This document shows, in pieces, positions 51,017 through 61,478 of a stretch of DNA of 64,000 nucleotides; the first letter of the stretch is position 1, and each line of letters starts with the position of its first letter. The notes beneath the pieces were generated by a model. The model worked only from the letters and a program-made list of their open reading frames with translations. It was not told the origin of the DNA and did not search any database. A program made the position numbers and the translations under genes. The DNA is from an uncultured Planctomycetia bacterium (lineage in GTDB: Bacteria > Omnitrophota > Gorgyraeia > Duberdicusellales > 4484-171), in the NCBI GenBank assembly GCA_964489445.1, contig CAZAYU010000004.1, positions 189 to 64,188 of the forward strand, read 5' to 3'.

Positions 51017-52156
51017 TTATCTGAATAATCTTGAAATAATAATCAATAAGAAAGGTATTAAGAAAAATACACCAGCTACATAGAAAATAGCATACCTTCT
51101 CTTACGAAAAGCTAACTCTCCCAATCCCTTAGCAAGAGCTATTGGAATTTTCCTAAAGATTTTTATTGGATAAATACATAGTACTCCGACTAAATTAAAT
51201 AAAAAATGGACAAAGGCAATAGTAATTGCTGCGATATTACCAGTTGCAAATGAAGCTAAAATAGCAGTAGTCGTTGTCCCAATATTTGCACCTAATGTTA
51301 TCGGAAATATACACTCAACCGTGATAATTCCCGCGCCAATCAACGGAATTAAAAGTGAAGTAGTTATTGAACTACTTTGAACTATAGTTGTAAAAAACAA
51401 TCCGGCAATAATCCCAATAATTCCGTTTTGCTCCAGAACTTTACTCAAAGCAATCTCTGTATTTTTAATGACTAATGATTTCATCAAACGCACGATAAAG
51501 TATAAAGATGAAAAAAGAATCACAGCAGACAAAACTAAAATTAGAACATAACCAAACTTCTCACTAATCGGGAGAATATCTATAAATAGTTTTTTTATTA
51601 CATTTATCAGTGGTTGAGTAACTGTTTTTAGTGGACTAGTAAATCTAATTCCACCAGTATTCGAAAATAAATGAGCCAAGCCAGCTGCTGCTTTCTGTAA
51701 AAACCCAGTAGCAAGCTCCAGCGGAAACATTATTAGCACACAAATAACATTAAAAAAGTCATGAACAGATGCTCCAGAAATTGCTCTTTTGAATTCTTCC
51801 TTACGAGTAATGTGCCCTAAGGAAACCAATAAATTAGTTACTGTTGTGCCAATATTTGCACCCATAATAATAGGAACAGCGTTAGTAATGGTAATAATAC
51901 CTGAAGCTACCATGCCTACTAATATTGATGTGACAGTAGAAGAACTTTGTACTAAGCTTGTGGCTAAAATTCCGATAAATAATCCGGTAAACGGGTTAGA
52001 TGTAGTTTCCAGAAGTGCTTCGGCAAATCCCTTACCAAAACCTTTAAAAGCCACTCCCATCAACCCAATGCTTACTAGAAATAAGTAAAGGAAAGTAATT
52101 ACGAATACTAGCTTGCCGTAAGTTTTAAGTTTATCTTTATTCATTATTAAATACAA
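51017..52156 (-). CDS. Na+/phosphate cotransporter (NptA/PF02690 family)
   Basis: 379-aa polytopic protein with duplicated QSSS(T/I)T motifs (LVQSSSTVTSILVG / IVQSSSITTSLLIP). Confidence 0.8.
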   Translation of the reverse strand: MYLIMNKDKLKTYGKLVFVITFLYLFLVSIGLMGVAFKGFGKGFAEALLETTSNPFTGLFIGILATSLVQSSSTVTSILVGMVASGIITITNAVPIIMGANIGTTVTNLLVSLGHITRKEEFKRAISGASVHDFFNVICVLIMFPLELATGFLQKAAAGLAHLFSNTGGIRFTSPLKTVTQPLINVIKKLFIDILPISEKFGYVLILVLSAVILFSSLYFIVRLMKSLVIKNTEIALSKVLEQNGIIGIIAGLFFTTIVQSSSITTSLLIPLIGAGIITVECIFPITLGANIGTTTTAILASFATGNIAAITIAFVHFLFNLVGVLCIYPIKIFRKIPIALAKGLGELAFRKRRYAIFYVAGVFFLIPFLLIIISRLFR

Positions 52157-52241
52157 TTTGTATAATTGTGCTAATTATATTGCAGTTATGTGTACTCCAT
52201 ATGAAGAGAATGTGAAGATTATGTGAAGATTAAAATATCTA

Positions 52242-53663
52242 TCAAGCTTTAGGGATGCTAACCACAACTTGTGTGCCTTTTCCGCTGCTTTTCGCTTGTA
52301 CATCGCCACGAAGAAGCACGATAATATGTTTTACTATCGCTAATCCCAGGCCAGTTCCTGCTTGGCCTTGCGATCTTGCTTTATCTACACGATAAAACCT
52401 TTCAAAAATTCGATCAATATGCTCATCAGAAATTCCAATACCATTATCTTTGATAACGCCCAGAAAGGAATCTTTTTTTTCTGACAAAACAATCTTGATC
52501 ACTCCTCCTGGTTCTGTATACTTAATAGCATTATCAATAATATTTACAAAAACCTGTTCTACCCTCATCCGATCAGAATTAATTCTAAAATCACTTCCAA
52601 CAAACTCTACCAGCAATTTATGTTTTTTAGCAGAAGTAGCATGTCCAAACCCTAAAATAATTTCATTTAACAATAATTCAAAATCAAACACCGCATAGTT
52701 AACCTTGCTTTCCTTTAGCTCTAGCTCAGAAAGCTTTAGCAAATCATCGACAATATTATTCAACCCTTCAGCGTGTTTTTTAATAATTGCAATAAATCTT
52801 CGAGCGTTTTGTTTATCTTCTAAGGCCCCATCTTCCAGAGTTTCCACAAATCCTTTAATAGACGTAAGCGGAGTTTTTAATTCATGTGATACATTCGCCA
52901 CAAAATCAGCTCTGACTTTATCAATAATTTTTAAATTATCAATTCGAAGCTGTAACTCGTCAGCCATTTTGTTTAATGCTTCCCCTAATTCACCAAGCTC
53001 ATCTTTACTGCGTATCCTTACTCGTTTATCAAAATTACCAGAGGCAATACTTTGCGCAACTTCCTTCATTTGTCCAATAGGATCGGCAATTTTCATTGAA
53101 ACAAAATAGCCAAGCAGCAAAGCAAACATTATGGTAACTATCCCCCCAGTTAAAACTACTCGATAGATAAATCTTATTTGCGAATCCACATCTACCAACG
53201 GCAAAGCCACCCTTATTAAACTTATAACTTTTTCATCTTTTTTAACTGGTATTGCCACATATTTCATGCTATATCCCAACACATCACTAAATCGATTGCT
53301 CTCTCCGGACCCTGAGTTAATAGCTCTGATTAATTCAAGCTGATCTTCATATTTTTCTTTTTTCTGAAAATTCCGCTCCGAATCACTAAATATTCGATAA
53401 TGCTTATCAATCACAGTTATTCTTAATCCAAGGATAGTGGATAATTCTTGGATTTTATCCTGAACAACACCTTGGTTATTAGATAATAAGTCATCTTTTA
53501 AAATTTCACCCACTAAAAATGCATTACTTTTCAACCGCTCAGATATTTTTAATTCATAATAATCACGTAATTTTAAACTAACAAAAAAATTTAAGACAAA
53601 AACAGCAATCACAATTAGCAAAATATAGGCCGTTAGTATTTTCCAAACAATTTTTACCTTCAT
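52242..53663 (-). CDS. Sensor histidine kinase (PhoR-like)
   Basis: Two TMs, HAMP, H-box VANVSHELKTPLTSI, N/G boxes (DNAIKYT, DNGIGI, GTGLGLAIVKH). 4-nt overlap with the response regulator gene. Confidence 0.85.
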   Translation of the reverse strand: MKVKIVWKILTAYILLIVIAVFVLNFFVSLKLRDYYELKISERLKSNAFLVGEILKDDLLSNNQGVVQDKIQELSTILGLRITVIDKHYRIFSDSERNFQKKEKYEDQLELIRAINSGSGESNRFSDVLGYSMKYVAIPVKKDEKVISLIRVALPLVDVDSQIRFIYRVVLTGGIVTIMFALLLGYFVSMKIADPIGQMKEVAQSIASGNFDKRVRIRSKDELGELGEALNKMADELQLRIDNLKIIDKVRADFVANVSHELKTPLTSIKGFVETLEDGALEDKQNARRFIAIIKKHAEGLNNIVDDLLKLSELELKESKVNYAVFDFELLLNEIILGFGHATSAKKHKLLVEFVGSDFRINSDRMRVEQVFVNIIDNAIKYTEPGGVIKIVLSEKKDSFLGVIKDNGIGISDEHIDRIFERFYRVDKARSQGQAGTGLGLAIVKHIIVLLRGDVQAKSSGKGTQVVVSIPKA

Positions 53664-54349
53664 TTGCGTACGTCTTTAAAGCGATATCCAATGCCTCTAA
53701 TTGTTTCAATTTGATTTCTTGATTTTCCCAATTTTTTCCGCAAGGATTTCATATGTGTGTCAATGGTCCGATCATATATATCAGCATTATAACCAAATAC
53801 TACATTTAATATTTTATCCCGAGACAAAACAACTCCTGGTTGTTTAATCATCATCTCCAGCAATTTAAACTCTGTAGGAGTAAGTGAGATATTTCTATTA
53901 AAAGCAGTAACTTTATGCTTAAGAATATCTAAACTAATGTTATTAACAATTATCCTCTTATTAGATGAAGCAATGCTGTATCTTCTTAATACAGCTTTAA
54001 TCCTAGCCATTAGCTCTCGGGGACTAAATGGTTTAGGCAGATAATCGTCAGCCCCAATCTCTAGGCCAATGACTTTATCAGCTTCTTGAGATTTTGCAGT
54101 AAGCATAATAATTGGAACAGTTGATGTATTTTCTTGGCTCTTTAAAATTCTGCAAATCTCTAAGCCGTCAATCTCCGGAAGCATTAAATCTAGAATAATT
54201 AAATCTGGTTGTTCTTTCTTTATTAAATCAACTGCTTTGCGACCATTAGTTACAAAAGAAGTTCTATAGCCTTCTTTCTTTAAATTATAGCTGACCATCT
54301 CCACTATATCTAAATCATCCTCAACAATTAAAATTCTTTTTAAACTCAT
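53660..54349 (-). CDS. OmpR/PhoB-family response regulator
   Basis: Receiver domain (DD...D54 in ILDLMLPEIDG...K) plus winged-helix trans_reg_C (GYRFK). Confidence 0.9.
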   Translation of the reverse strand: MSLKRILIVEDDLDIVEMVSYNLKKEGYRTSFVTNGRKAVDLIKKEQPDLIILDLMLPEIDGLEICRILKSQENTSTVPIIMLTAKSQEADKVIGLEIGADDYLPKPFSPRELMARIKAVLRRYSIASSNKRIIVNNISLDILKHKVTAFNRNISLTPTEFKLLEMMIKQPGVVLSRDKILNVVFGYNADIYDRTIDTHMKSLRKKLGKSRNQIETIRGIGYRFKDVRK

Positions 54350-54365
54350 CTAATTGCCCTCATAA

Positions 54366-54722
54366 TTAATTACTATCAATTGCCTTTGTTAAGGCATCCT
54401 CTACTGCTTTTATTACATTTTCACTGCTTATTGTAGCGCCACTAACAGCATCAACGTTAGTCGACTGACAAGCAATAATTTCATTACTTACCCTGCTAAC
54501 TAAATTTTCATATTTATTGCTGTTGGTTGTATGACTTATTATTTTAATTCCTTCAACTTTTTCATCTTTTACAGTTACTAGAACAACTACCGAAGAAAAA
54601 CTCCCTTGGTAAGTTCCATCTATTAATTTAATATCTAAATTATTGTTACAATCAAAAGCAAATATCGAAAAAACAATAGAACACGCTCCTAATAAAAAAA
54701 TAATTAACTTGGTCATATACAT
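54366..54722 (-). CDS. Small exported FMN-binding-domain protein
   Basis: Signal peptide, and the FMN_bind-type motif VDAVSGATISS near the C-terminus. 118 aa. Confidence 0.55.
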   Translation of the reverse strand: MYMTKLIIFLLGACSIVFSIFAFDCNNNLDIKLIDGTYQGSFSSVVVLVTVKDEKVEGIKIISHTTNSNKYENLVSRVSNEIIACQSTNVDAVSGATISSENVIKAVEDALTKAIDSN

Positions 54723-54759
54723 TTTTTCTTATTTAGTCTATATCTTTTATTATACTATG

Positions 54760-55092
54760 CTATAAATCATCCTTTTTGATAAAAATATAGTACATTATTG
54801 TAAATATAAGTACGCATATCATAATCATTCTTACCGTCGGATAACCGAATAGCATTGCAGATGTTAGGCTATCTACTCTTGTAGAAAGCAACAAAGTAAC
54901 CCCTATAGCGAAACAAAAAGAAAAAGATTTTTTTGCACGCCAGAAAAATAAAGATAAAAAAAACAGTAAAGTAAGAAAAATCCAGAATAAAGGATTTGAA
55001 TAATAAAAATGCCAATCACCAAGCTCTTTAATATAAGAAGATGAATATTCTTTTGCTATTAAAAGCTCTTTGTAGAATGTACATAAATCCAT
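54760..55092 (-). CDS. Hypothetical small membrane protein (3 predicted TM segments)
   Basis: 110 aa with three hydrophobic segments (PLFWIFLTLLFFLSLFFW, FSFCFAIGVTLLLS and MIMICVLIFTIMYYIFI). No motifs recognised. Confidence 0.4.
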   Translation of the reverse strand: MDLCTFYKELLIAKEYSSSYIKELGDWHFYYSNPLFWIFLTLLFFLSLFFWRAKKSFSFCFAIGVTLLLSTRVDSLTSAMLFGYPTVRMIMICVLIFTIMYYIFIKKDDL

Positions 55093-55289
55093 CGACTAAA
55101 TATTTACTGTACAGGTTATCATTGACATATCGAAGGTAATGCAAAACTCTGATAACTTTTGAATTTTTTTACTATTATAGCATTGCACGTTCAGCAGTAA
55201 GTTCTTTAGGTATTGAATAAAAAGATATAAAAAACTAAATTTTTCTACAATAAATATTTTTGAAAAAAAAATTAAACTAGATTTAAAGC

Positions 55290-55451
55290 TTACCAATAAT
55301 TTTCTTGAAATTTATCATCGGCTTTTTCTAAAGATTGCCAATCTTTCTTCATTCCTGCGCTTGCTCCTTCTCCAATGCCTTTGACAGTGTTACACCCGCT
55401 GATACAGATTAAAAAAGAAACACAAACAAATCCTAAAAATAATTTAAGCAT
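55290..55451 (-). CDS. Entericidin-like 53-aa lipoprotein. Not in the ORF track.
   Basis: Manual translation gives MLKLFLGFVCVSFLICISGCNTVKGIGEGASAGMKKDWQSLEKADDKFQENYW. Perfect SD AGGAGG is 6 nt upstream. Lipobox ISGC followed by NT.KG.GE, resembling EcnA/EcnB (LTGCNTARGFGED). Confidence 0.5.
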   Translation of the reverse strand: MLKLFLGFVCVSFLICISGCNTVKGIGEGASAGMKKDWQSLEKADDKFQENYW

Positions 55452-56745
55452 CGCAGCCTCCTTTCCAATAGTTAATTAACTTTTCTAATCTTGATGTTAC
55501 CTTTTGTTTACCTAATACTTCCATAGTCTCAAACAACCCTGGGCCAACTTTTTCTCCAGTAAGAGCAACTCTCACCGGGTGCACTAAATCCCTTGCCTTC
55601 AAACCTAAGCTCGAAGCAACATCTCTAAATTCTTTTTCAATGCCCTGACTAGAAAAATCATCTATCAAAGATAGTTTTCCAATTAACACGTTTACTTCTT
55701 CGGTCAAATCTTTGCTTAGAACACTCAACGCATTATCACTATACTTATAATTATCATAAAAGCAAAAGTAAGCAGAGTCAAGCAAATCATTTAACTTTTT
55801 GATTCTCCCTTTGAATAACCCTATAACCTTTTCAAAATAATCCTTGCTGATATTTTCTGTTAAAAATCCCTTTTCTTTTAAAAAATCAGCCGCTAAGCTA
55901 CTTAAGGATTTCAAATCTTCATTCTTGATGTACTCGGAATTAATCCAATCCATTTTCTCTATAGAAAATGCCGCTCCTGTCTTATTAACACTTCTGATTT
56001 TAAAACATTTCGCAGCCTCATTTAAAGAAATTGTTTCCTGATTTTTACCCGGAGACCATCCTAAGAGTAAAAGATAGTTAGATAGAGCGCTAGATAAATA
56101 GCCTTGATTCTTATACTCTCTTATAGAAGTTGCTCCAAACCTTTTAGAAAGTCGACCTCCTTGTGGTGATAAAATGAGCGGTAAATGGGCAAACTCTGGT
56201 TCCGGAAAATCTAAAGCTCGATAAATCAAAATCTGCTTAGGAGTGTTCGATATATGATCTTCTCCTCTGACTACACAACTTATTTCCATTAAAGCATCAT
56301 CCACGCAACAACAAAAATTATAGGTGGGAGAGTTATTGCTTTTGATAATAACCTCTTCATTCTTAGGTAACTCCCTGAAAATAATCTCACCCCGAATTAA
56401 ATCATTAATTTTTATACTATCAAAATTATATTTAAAGAATACTGCTCCGTCTTTACGATAAGCCTTATTCTCCTTAATTAATTTTTCCGCATAATTTTGA
56501 TAGATATCAAATCTTTGAGACTGATAATAAATCTGCTTCCAGTCCATGCCTAGCCATTTTATGCTCTCTAGAATTTCATCCACATATTCTTTCTTTGACC
56601 TTTCTACGTCAGTATCTTCAATTCTTAAAATAAATTCACCGTTGATTTCTTTAGCGTAAAGCCAATTAAACAAACAAGTCCTTGCCCCGCCAATATGCAG
56701 ATACCCCGTAGGAGAAGGAGCGAATCTTACCCTTTTCATACACAC
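55444..56745 (-). CDS. gltX: Glutamate--tRNA ligase
   Basis: RFAPSPTGYLHIGGAR HIGH region and KLSKR (KMSKS-type) motif. Confidence 0.9.
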   Translation of the reverse strand: MCMKRVRFAPSPTGYLHIGGARTCLFNWLYAKEINGEFILRIEDTDVERSKKEYVDEILESIKWLGMDWKQIYYQSQRFDIYQNYAEKLIKENKAYRKDGAVFFKYNFDSIKINDLIRGEIIFRELPKNEEVIIKSNNSPTYNFCCCVDDALMEISCVVRGEDHISNTPKQILIYRALDFPEPEFAHLPLILSPQGGRLSKRFGATSIREYKNQGYLSSALSNYLLLLGWSPGKNQETISLNEAAKCFKIRSVNKTGAAFSIEKMDWINSEYIKNEDLKSLSSLAADFLKEKGFLTENISKDYFEKVIGLFKGRIKKLNDLLDSAYFCFYDNYKYSDNALSVLSKDLTEEVNVLIGKLSLIDDFSSQGIEKEFRDVASSLGLKARDLVHPVRVALTGEKVGPGLFETMEVLGKQKVTSRLEKLINYWKGGCDA

Positions 56746-56793
56746 CTCTTTTCTTTTTTTAAATGTCTACTATTTTCCATTTGTTTCTTTTTA

Positions 56794-57375
56794 TTACAAC
56801 TTCTTTTCTCCGCGTCTACGCTCTATCTTTCCCATTTTTTCGCCCTTACAGAATGCTTTTATATTTTGTTCTCTGACAATATCCTGACTAAATACATCCC
56901 TTAATACATTACTAACTGTTTCTCTTTTGAGAAAATTATTTTTAACAAAAATCAATGCTCCTAGGGCCACAATATTAGCAGCCTTTATATTGCCACAATC
57001 TAAAGCAATCTTGTTAAGCGGCAAGCTAAGATTTAGAATGTCTGAAGAAAGAATTACTTTGTCTACTAAATCAGAATTAAAAATTACCAAGCTATTTCTT
57101 TTAATCTTCCCTTGGAACTTATTAAAAGAAGGTTGATTCAAAATTATGCTCACATCCGGAAAATCAATGAATGGTGAATAGATATTTTCCGAAGATATCT
57201 TTACGAAGCAGTGAGCAGTCCCGCCGCGCATTTCTGCCCCATATGAAGGAAACCAAGTAGTATATTTTTCTTCTTCAATGGCAGATTGCGCTAATATTTT
57301 TCCTAATCTCATGACCCCTTGTCCTCCAAATCCGGAAATCAAAATTTTTGTTTCTGTCTTCATTCTAATACTCAT
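56794..57375 (-). CDS. 2-oxoacid:ferredoxin oxidoreductase gamma subunit. Start uncertain, with candidates at 57363, 57375 and 57417.
   Basis: ILISGFGGQGVMRLGKILAQ is the hallmark N-terminus of POR/KOR gamma subunits. Confidence 0.7.
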   Translation of the reverse strand: MSIRMKTETKILISGFGGQGVMRLGKILAQSAIEEEKYTTWFPSYGAEMRGGTAHCFVKISSENIYSPFIDFPDVSIILNQPSFNKFQGKIKRNSLVIFNSDLVDKVILSSDILNLSLPLNKIALDCGNIKAANIVALGALIFVKNNFLKRETVSNVLRDVFSQDIVREQNIKAFCKGEKMGKIERRRGEKKL

Positions 57376-57406
57376 AATTTGAATAACTCTAACATTAAGT
57401 ATGCTC

Positions 57407-58156
57407 TTACAAATCAATACTATTATTCTTAATAATTCCTAAAGGAAATTCCTGCACCATAACCATTTCAATCCACTTAACCGATTCTACAGGGGTTTTC
57501 CGCCAAATAGTCGGACAAGGACTTAAAATTTCAACTAATGAAAATCCTTTATTTTTAATCTGATTAGTAAAGGCAATTTTAATATATTCAGAAACTTGCT
57601 TTACTTTTTGTGGACTGCTTACTGCCCCCCGGGCAACAAAACCGACACCTTTTAAATTTGATAAAAGTTCACTTACCTTTAGCGGCCATCCATCTCCAGC
57701 AGAAGGATCTCTTCCCCAAGGAGTAGTTGTTGTTTTTTGTCCTATAATCGTAGTCGGTGCCATTTGACCTCCAGTCATTCCATAGCAAGCATTATTAATA
57801 AAAAAACAAGTTAAATTCTCTCCCCGATTAGCAGCATGAAGCGTCTCAGCAATACCAATCGACGCTAAATCACCATCCCCTTGATAGGTAAATACTGTTA
57901 ATTTTGGCTGGCATCTCTTTATTCCAGTAGCTACAGCTAAAGCTCTCCCGTGCGCAGCTTCTGAAACATCAAAATTCCAATAGTCATAAGCAATCACCGC
58001 ACAACCTACAGGAGCTATTCCTACTGTTTGCTCTCTAATACCCAAATCATCAATGGCTTGCGCAACCAGTCTATGGATAATTCCATGGCCACACCCGGCA
58101 CAGTAGTGAGTCTCCACATCTTTAAGGCTTGCGGATACTGAACTATTTTTCTTCAT
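57407..58156 (-). CDS. 2-oxoacid:ferredoxin oxidoreductase beta subunit (TPP-binding)
   Basis: HYCAGCGHG... and GDGD TPP-binding motifs. Confidence 0.85.
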   Translation of the reverse strand: MKKNSSVSASLKDVETHYCAGCGHGIIHRLVAQAIDDLGIREQTVGIAPVGCAVIAYDYWNFDVSEAAHGRALAVATGIKRCQPKLTVFTYQGDGDLASIGIAETLHAANRGENLTCFFINNACYGMTGGQMAPTTIIGQKTTTTPWGRDPSAGDGWPLKVSELLSNLKGVGFVARGAVSSPQKVKQVSEYIKIAFTNQIKNKGFSLVEILSPCPTIWRKTPVESVKWIEMVMVQEFPLGIIKNNSIDL

Positions 58157-58160
58157 AAGC

Positions 58161-59225
58161 TTATTTTATTTTTTTAAAAAATCTTACAATTTCCGCCGCG
58201 GAGGGAATCCCTCCTCCGGCTTTTCCTAAAAAATGAATTGTCTCACCCGGTAAAGAAAGCCTTGCATCCTCAACCATTTGCCCCAACGATTGCTCAACCA
58301 CTAATATTTTTTTTGTTTTTTTAGCAACACTTTTTAATCCGCGCTCAGGATAAGGCCAAAGAGATATGGGCCTAAATAATCCAGCATTTATATTTTGCAT
58401 CCTTAATAAATCTACCGCTTCAAAAGCAATCCGTGCTTGCGACCCGTAAGCAATAATTAAATATTCTGCATCCTTTGCTTTGTAAGTCGAAAATCTTTGT
58501 TCATTTTTGTTTATCTTCAACCGTTTTAGCCTTAATTTTTCGTTAAATTGTTCAAGTACTCCTTCTTTTAAAAATAAAGACCTTATTATATTAGATGGCC
58601 TATTTTTTGCACCATTAAGTGCCCAACATTTAGAAATAATGTTTTTTTGAGATTTATTTTTGTAAGAAAAATCTACCGGCTCCATCATCTGCCCTACTAT
58701 TGCATCTGCTAAAACCAATACTGGATTTCGATAATAGTCAGCTAAATCAAATGCCTTATCTGTTACTTCTGCTGCCTCCTGAGCACTCCAGGGAGCCAAT
58801 ACAATTGTAAAATAATCTCCATGACCACCTCCTCTAGTCGCCTGAAAATAATCACTTTGAGCAGAAGTAATATTCCCTAGGCCAGGGCCAGCTCTCATTA
58901 CATTTACAATAACCGCAGGAAGCTGGCATCCTGCTAAATAAGAGATTCCTTCCTGCTTTAATGATATTCCCGGACTCGAAGAAGAAGTCATCGCTCGAAT
59001 TCCAGAAACAGCTGCGCCAAAAACCATATTAATTGCCGCTAATTCACTCTCTGCCTGAACAAACGGAAGATTTTTTTCTTTCATTCTTCTGGCCATATAA
59101 GCGATTAATTCATTTTGCGGAGTTATAGGGTATCCAGCATAAAAACCACATCCGGCTTTTACTGCCGCTTCTCCTATCGCCTCATTTCCACTCATCAAGA
59201 TTTTTTTATTTATCTCTTTCAACAT
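58161..59225 (-). CDS. 2-oxoacid:ferredoxin oxidoreductase alpha subunit
   Basis: 354-aa POR/KOR alpha-type protein positioned between the delta and beta subunits. Confidence 0.85.
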   Translation of the reverse strand: MLKEINKKILMSGNEAIGEAAVKAGCGFYAGYPITPQNELIAYMARRMKEKNLPFVQAESELAAINMVFGAAVSGIRAMTSSSSPGISLKQEGISYLAGCQLPAVIVNVMRAGPGLGNITSAQSDYFQATRGGGHGDYFTIVLAPWSAQEAAEVTDKAFDLADYYRNPVLVLADAIVGQMMEPVDFSYKNKSQKNIISKCWALNGAKNRPSNIIRSLFLKEGVLEQFNEKLRLKRLKINKNEQRFSTYKAKDAEYLIIAYGSQARIAFEAVDLLRMQNINAGLFRPISLWPYPERGLKSVAKKTKKILVVEQSLGQMVEDARLSLPGETIHFLGKAGGGIPSAAEIVRFFKKIK

Positions 59226-59256
59226 AACATTTTTCGTTTAATCATTTACAATCTTC

Positions 59257-59511
59257 TTATCTCTTCCTGCTTATTGTTTTCTTCATTACTATACAGCTAT
59301 CCGGACAGATTAGAACGCAAAGCCCACACCCAATACATGCATTATTTTTTTCTGTTTTTGCAAACTTTATTCCCCTGATATTTAATCCCGAAGATAATTT
59401 TAAGTGCCCACTAGAACAATAGAAAATACAAAGTTCACATCCTTTACATCTATCTTTGTTAATTTTAACTGTTGCTCTCTGTTTAGTATTTTTTGTTTTT
59501 CTATCTATCAT
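59257..59511 (-). CDS. 2-oxoacid:ferredoxin oxidoreductase delta subunit (2x[4Fe-4S] ferredoxin). Start chosen at Met-12 of the track ORF (ATGA overlap with dxs).
   Basis: CKGCELC...CIGCGLCVLICP double cluster motif. Starting at 59511 gives the classic ATGA stop/start overlap with dxs. Confidence 0.75.
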   Translation of the reverse strand: MIDRKTKNTKQRATVKINKDRCKGCELCIFYCSSGHLKLSSGLNIRGIKFAKTEKNNACIGCGLCVLICPDSCIVMKKTISRKR

Positions 59512-61394
59512 TTTATTCTCTTTTTTAAATTTATCTTTATCCATTCCGATAACGATACTGCATCAAGACCATAAAGACTAAACAACTTTTCTCTTTTTCC
59601 GGCTGTGATAAATTCATCAGAGAATCCTTTTATTGTTAAATGAGTTTTGTTCAAAAGATTTTCTTTTTCAAGAAATTCCAATATTGCACTTCCAAATCCA
59701 CAAACTATACTTCCTTCTTCAAGGGTAACGATCATTTTAAATTCTGAAGCTATTTTTTTTAGTAATTGTTCATCCAATGGTTTTATAAAACGTGCATTTA
59801 TTAAAGAGATATTTATATTTTCCTTTTCTAAAAGTTCTGCGCACTTCATAGCTTCTTTAACCATTGAGCCTAAAGCAATCAAACATAAATCTTTGCCTTT
59901 TTTTATTATTTGTGACTCTCCAATTTTTATTGCCTTTCGATGCCCCAGTGAATAAGCTTCTCCTTTTGGGTAGCGAATGCTTACCGGTTGATTAAGAGAA
60001 AAAGAAAATTCCAGCATATCCTCTAATTCTTCTTTATCTTTAGGAGCCATGCAAATCATGCCGGGAATTAACCTTAAGTATCCTACATCAAATAATCCGT
60101 GATGAGTCGGCCCATCTTCTCCGACTGCTCCTGCCCTGTCAACAGCAAAAACAACCCCTAAATTCTGTAAGGCAACATCATGTATTATTTGATCAAAGCT
60201 CCGCTGCAAAAATGTAGAATATATCGCTACTATTGGCATTAATCCTTTTTTTGCTAAACCACTGGCAAACCCCACTGCATGTGCTTCAGCGATACCTACA
60301 TCAAAAAATCTTTTGGGGAATTTATCGGCAAAAAGATATAGCCCGGTACCCTTAGGCATTGCTGCGGTTATTGCCGTTATTTTTTTATTACTCTCTGCTA
60401 AACAAATTAGTTTTTTAGCCAACACTTCACCGAAGACATCACTTCTTTTACGACGCTCATTACCATTCTCAACGTCGAATTTAGATGCACCGTGAAAATA
60501 TTCCGGATCTTCTTCCGAAAATCTATATCCTTTTCCCTTCTTAGTAATTATGTGTAGTATGCGCGGTCCTTTCAGAGAAATAACATTTTTAAAAGTAGGT
60601 ATTAATACGTTTAAATTGTGCCCGTCTATCGGCCCAAAATAACGAAATCCCAACTCTTCAAAGAATATTCCCGGGACTATCAGCCCTTTTATTGTTTCTT
60701 CAAATTTTTTTGCTTTATTAACTAACCTTTTCATAACCGAAAAATGTTTTAAGAAATCATTGAGCTCTTCTCTAATCCGATTATATATGGGTGTTGATAT
60801 TATTTTTACCAAATAATTACTTAATGCCCCCACTGAAGGAGAAATACTCATTTCATTATGGTTAACAACTACTAAAACATCATTTTGTGAATGTCCGCAA
60901 GCATTAAGCGCCTCGAAACACATTCCTCCGGTTAACGACCCATCGCCAATGATTGCTACTGTTTTAGAATCATCCTGTTGTATTTTTTTTGCTTCAGATA
61001 TTCCTTCAGCCCAAGAAACAGCTGTAGATGCATGGCCAGAAGTATACACATCGTATATTGATTCTTGAAAATTAGGAAAACCACTAAGCCCTTTATAATC
61101 TCTTAATTGAGAAAATAAATTCTTTCTTCCAGTAAGGACTTTGTGGGCATAAGATTGATGCCCAACATCGAAAATAATAGAATCAACCGGGGCATTAAGA
61201 CAATAGTGTAAAGATACACATAGCTCAACCGCTCCTAAAGACGAAGCCAAGTGACCTCCTCTTCGCGATACAGCCTCGATGATGAACTCTCTTATTTCCC
61301 GGCTTACAATCTCTAACTCAGCTATGGAAAGTTTTTTTAAGTCTTGAGGATAGTTGATATTATCTAAAAACATTTTGCAGGACTTCTTGCGCAA
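59508..61394 (-). CDS. dxs: 1-deoxy-D-xylulose-5-phosphate synthase
   Basis: TPP motif GDGSLTGG, transketolase-like PYR and C-terminal domains. 628 aa. The true start is possibly the Met at 61373. Confidence 0.9.
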   Translation of the reverse strand: MRKKSCKMFLDNINYPQDLKKLSIAELEIVSREIREFIIEAVSRRGGHLASSLGAVELCVSLHYCLNAPVDSIIFDVGHQSYAHKVLTGRKNLFSQLRDYKGLSGFPNFQESIYDVYTSGHASTAVSWAEGISEAKKIQQDDSKTVAIIGDGSLTGGMCFEALNACGHSQNDVLVVVNHNEMSISPSVGALSNYLVKIISTPIYNRIREELNDFLKHFSVMKRLVNKAKKFEETIKGLIVPGIFFEELGFRYFGPIDGHNLNVLIPTFKNVISLKGPRILHIITKKGKGYRFSEEDPEYFHGASKFDVENGNERRKRSDVFGEVLAKKLICLAESNKKITAITAAMPKGTGLYLFADKFPKRFFDVGIAEAHAVGFASGLAKKGLMPIVAIYSTFLQRSFDQIIHDVALQNLGVVFAVDRAGAVGEDGPTHHGLFDVGYLRLIPGMICMAPKDKEELEDMLEFSFSLNQPVSIRYPKGEAYSLGHRKAIKIGESQIIKKGKDLCLIALGSMVKEAMKCAELLEKENINISLINARFIKPLDEQLLKKIASEFKMIVTLEEGSIVCGFGSAILEFLEKENLLNKTHLTIKGFSDEFITAGKREKLFSLYGLDAVSLSEWIKINLKKRIK

Positions 61395-61478
61395 TTACAA
61401 CAAATATCATAAATTAAATCCGAAAGATTCTCGTCTCCTGCAGTAAACCAGTGATTTTCTGCAAAGAAGAATAAATAT

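Noticed and set aside
55096-55296. 66-aa minus-strand ORF between the membrane protein and the entericidin-like gene.
   Set aside because: It has a Phe/Ile/Lys-rich AT-driven composition and no RBS, and it overlaps the stop of the better-supported 53-aa lipoprotein gene. It is likely non-coding promoter/terminator DNA.
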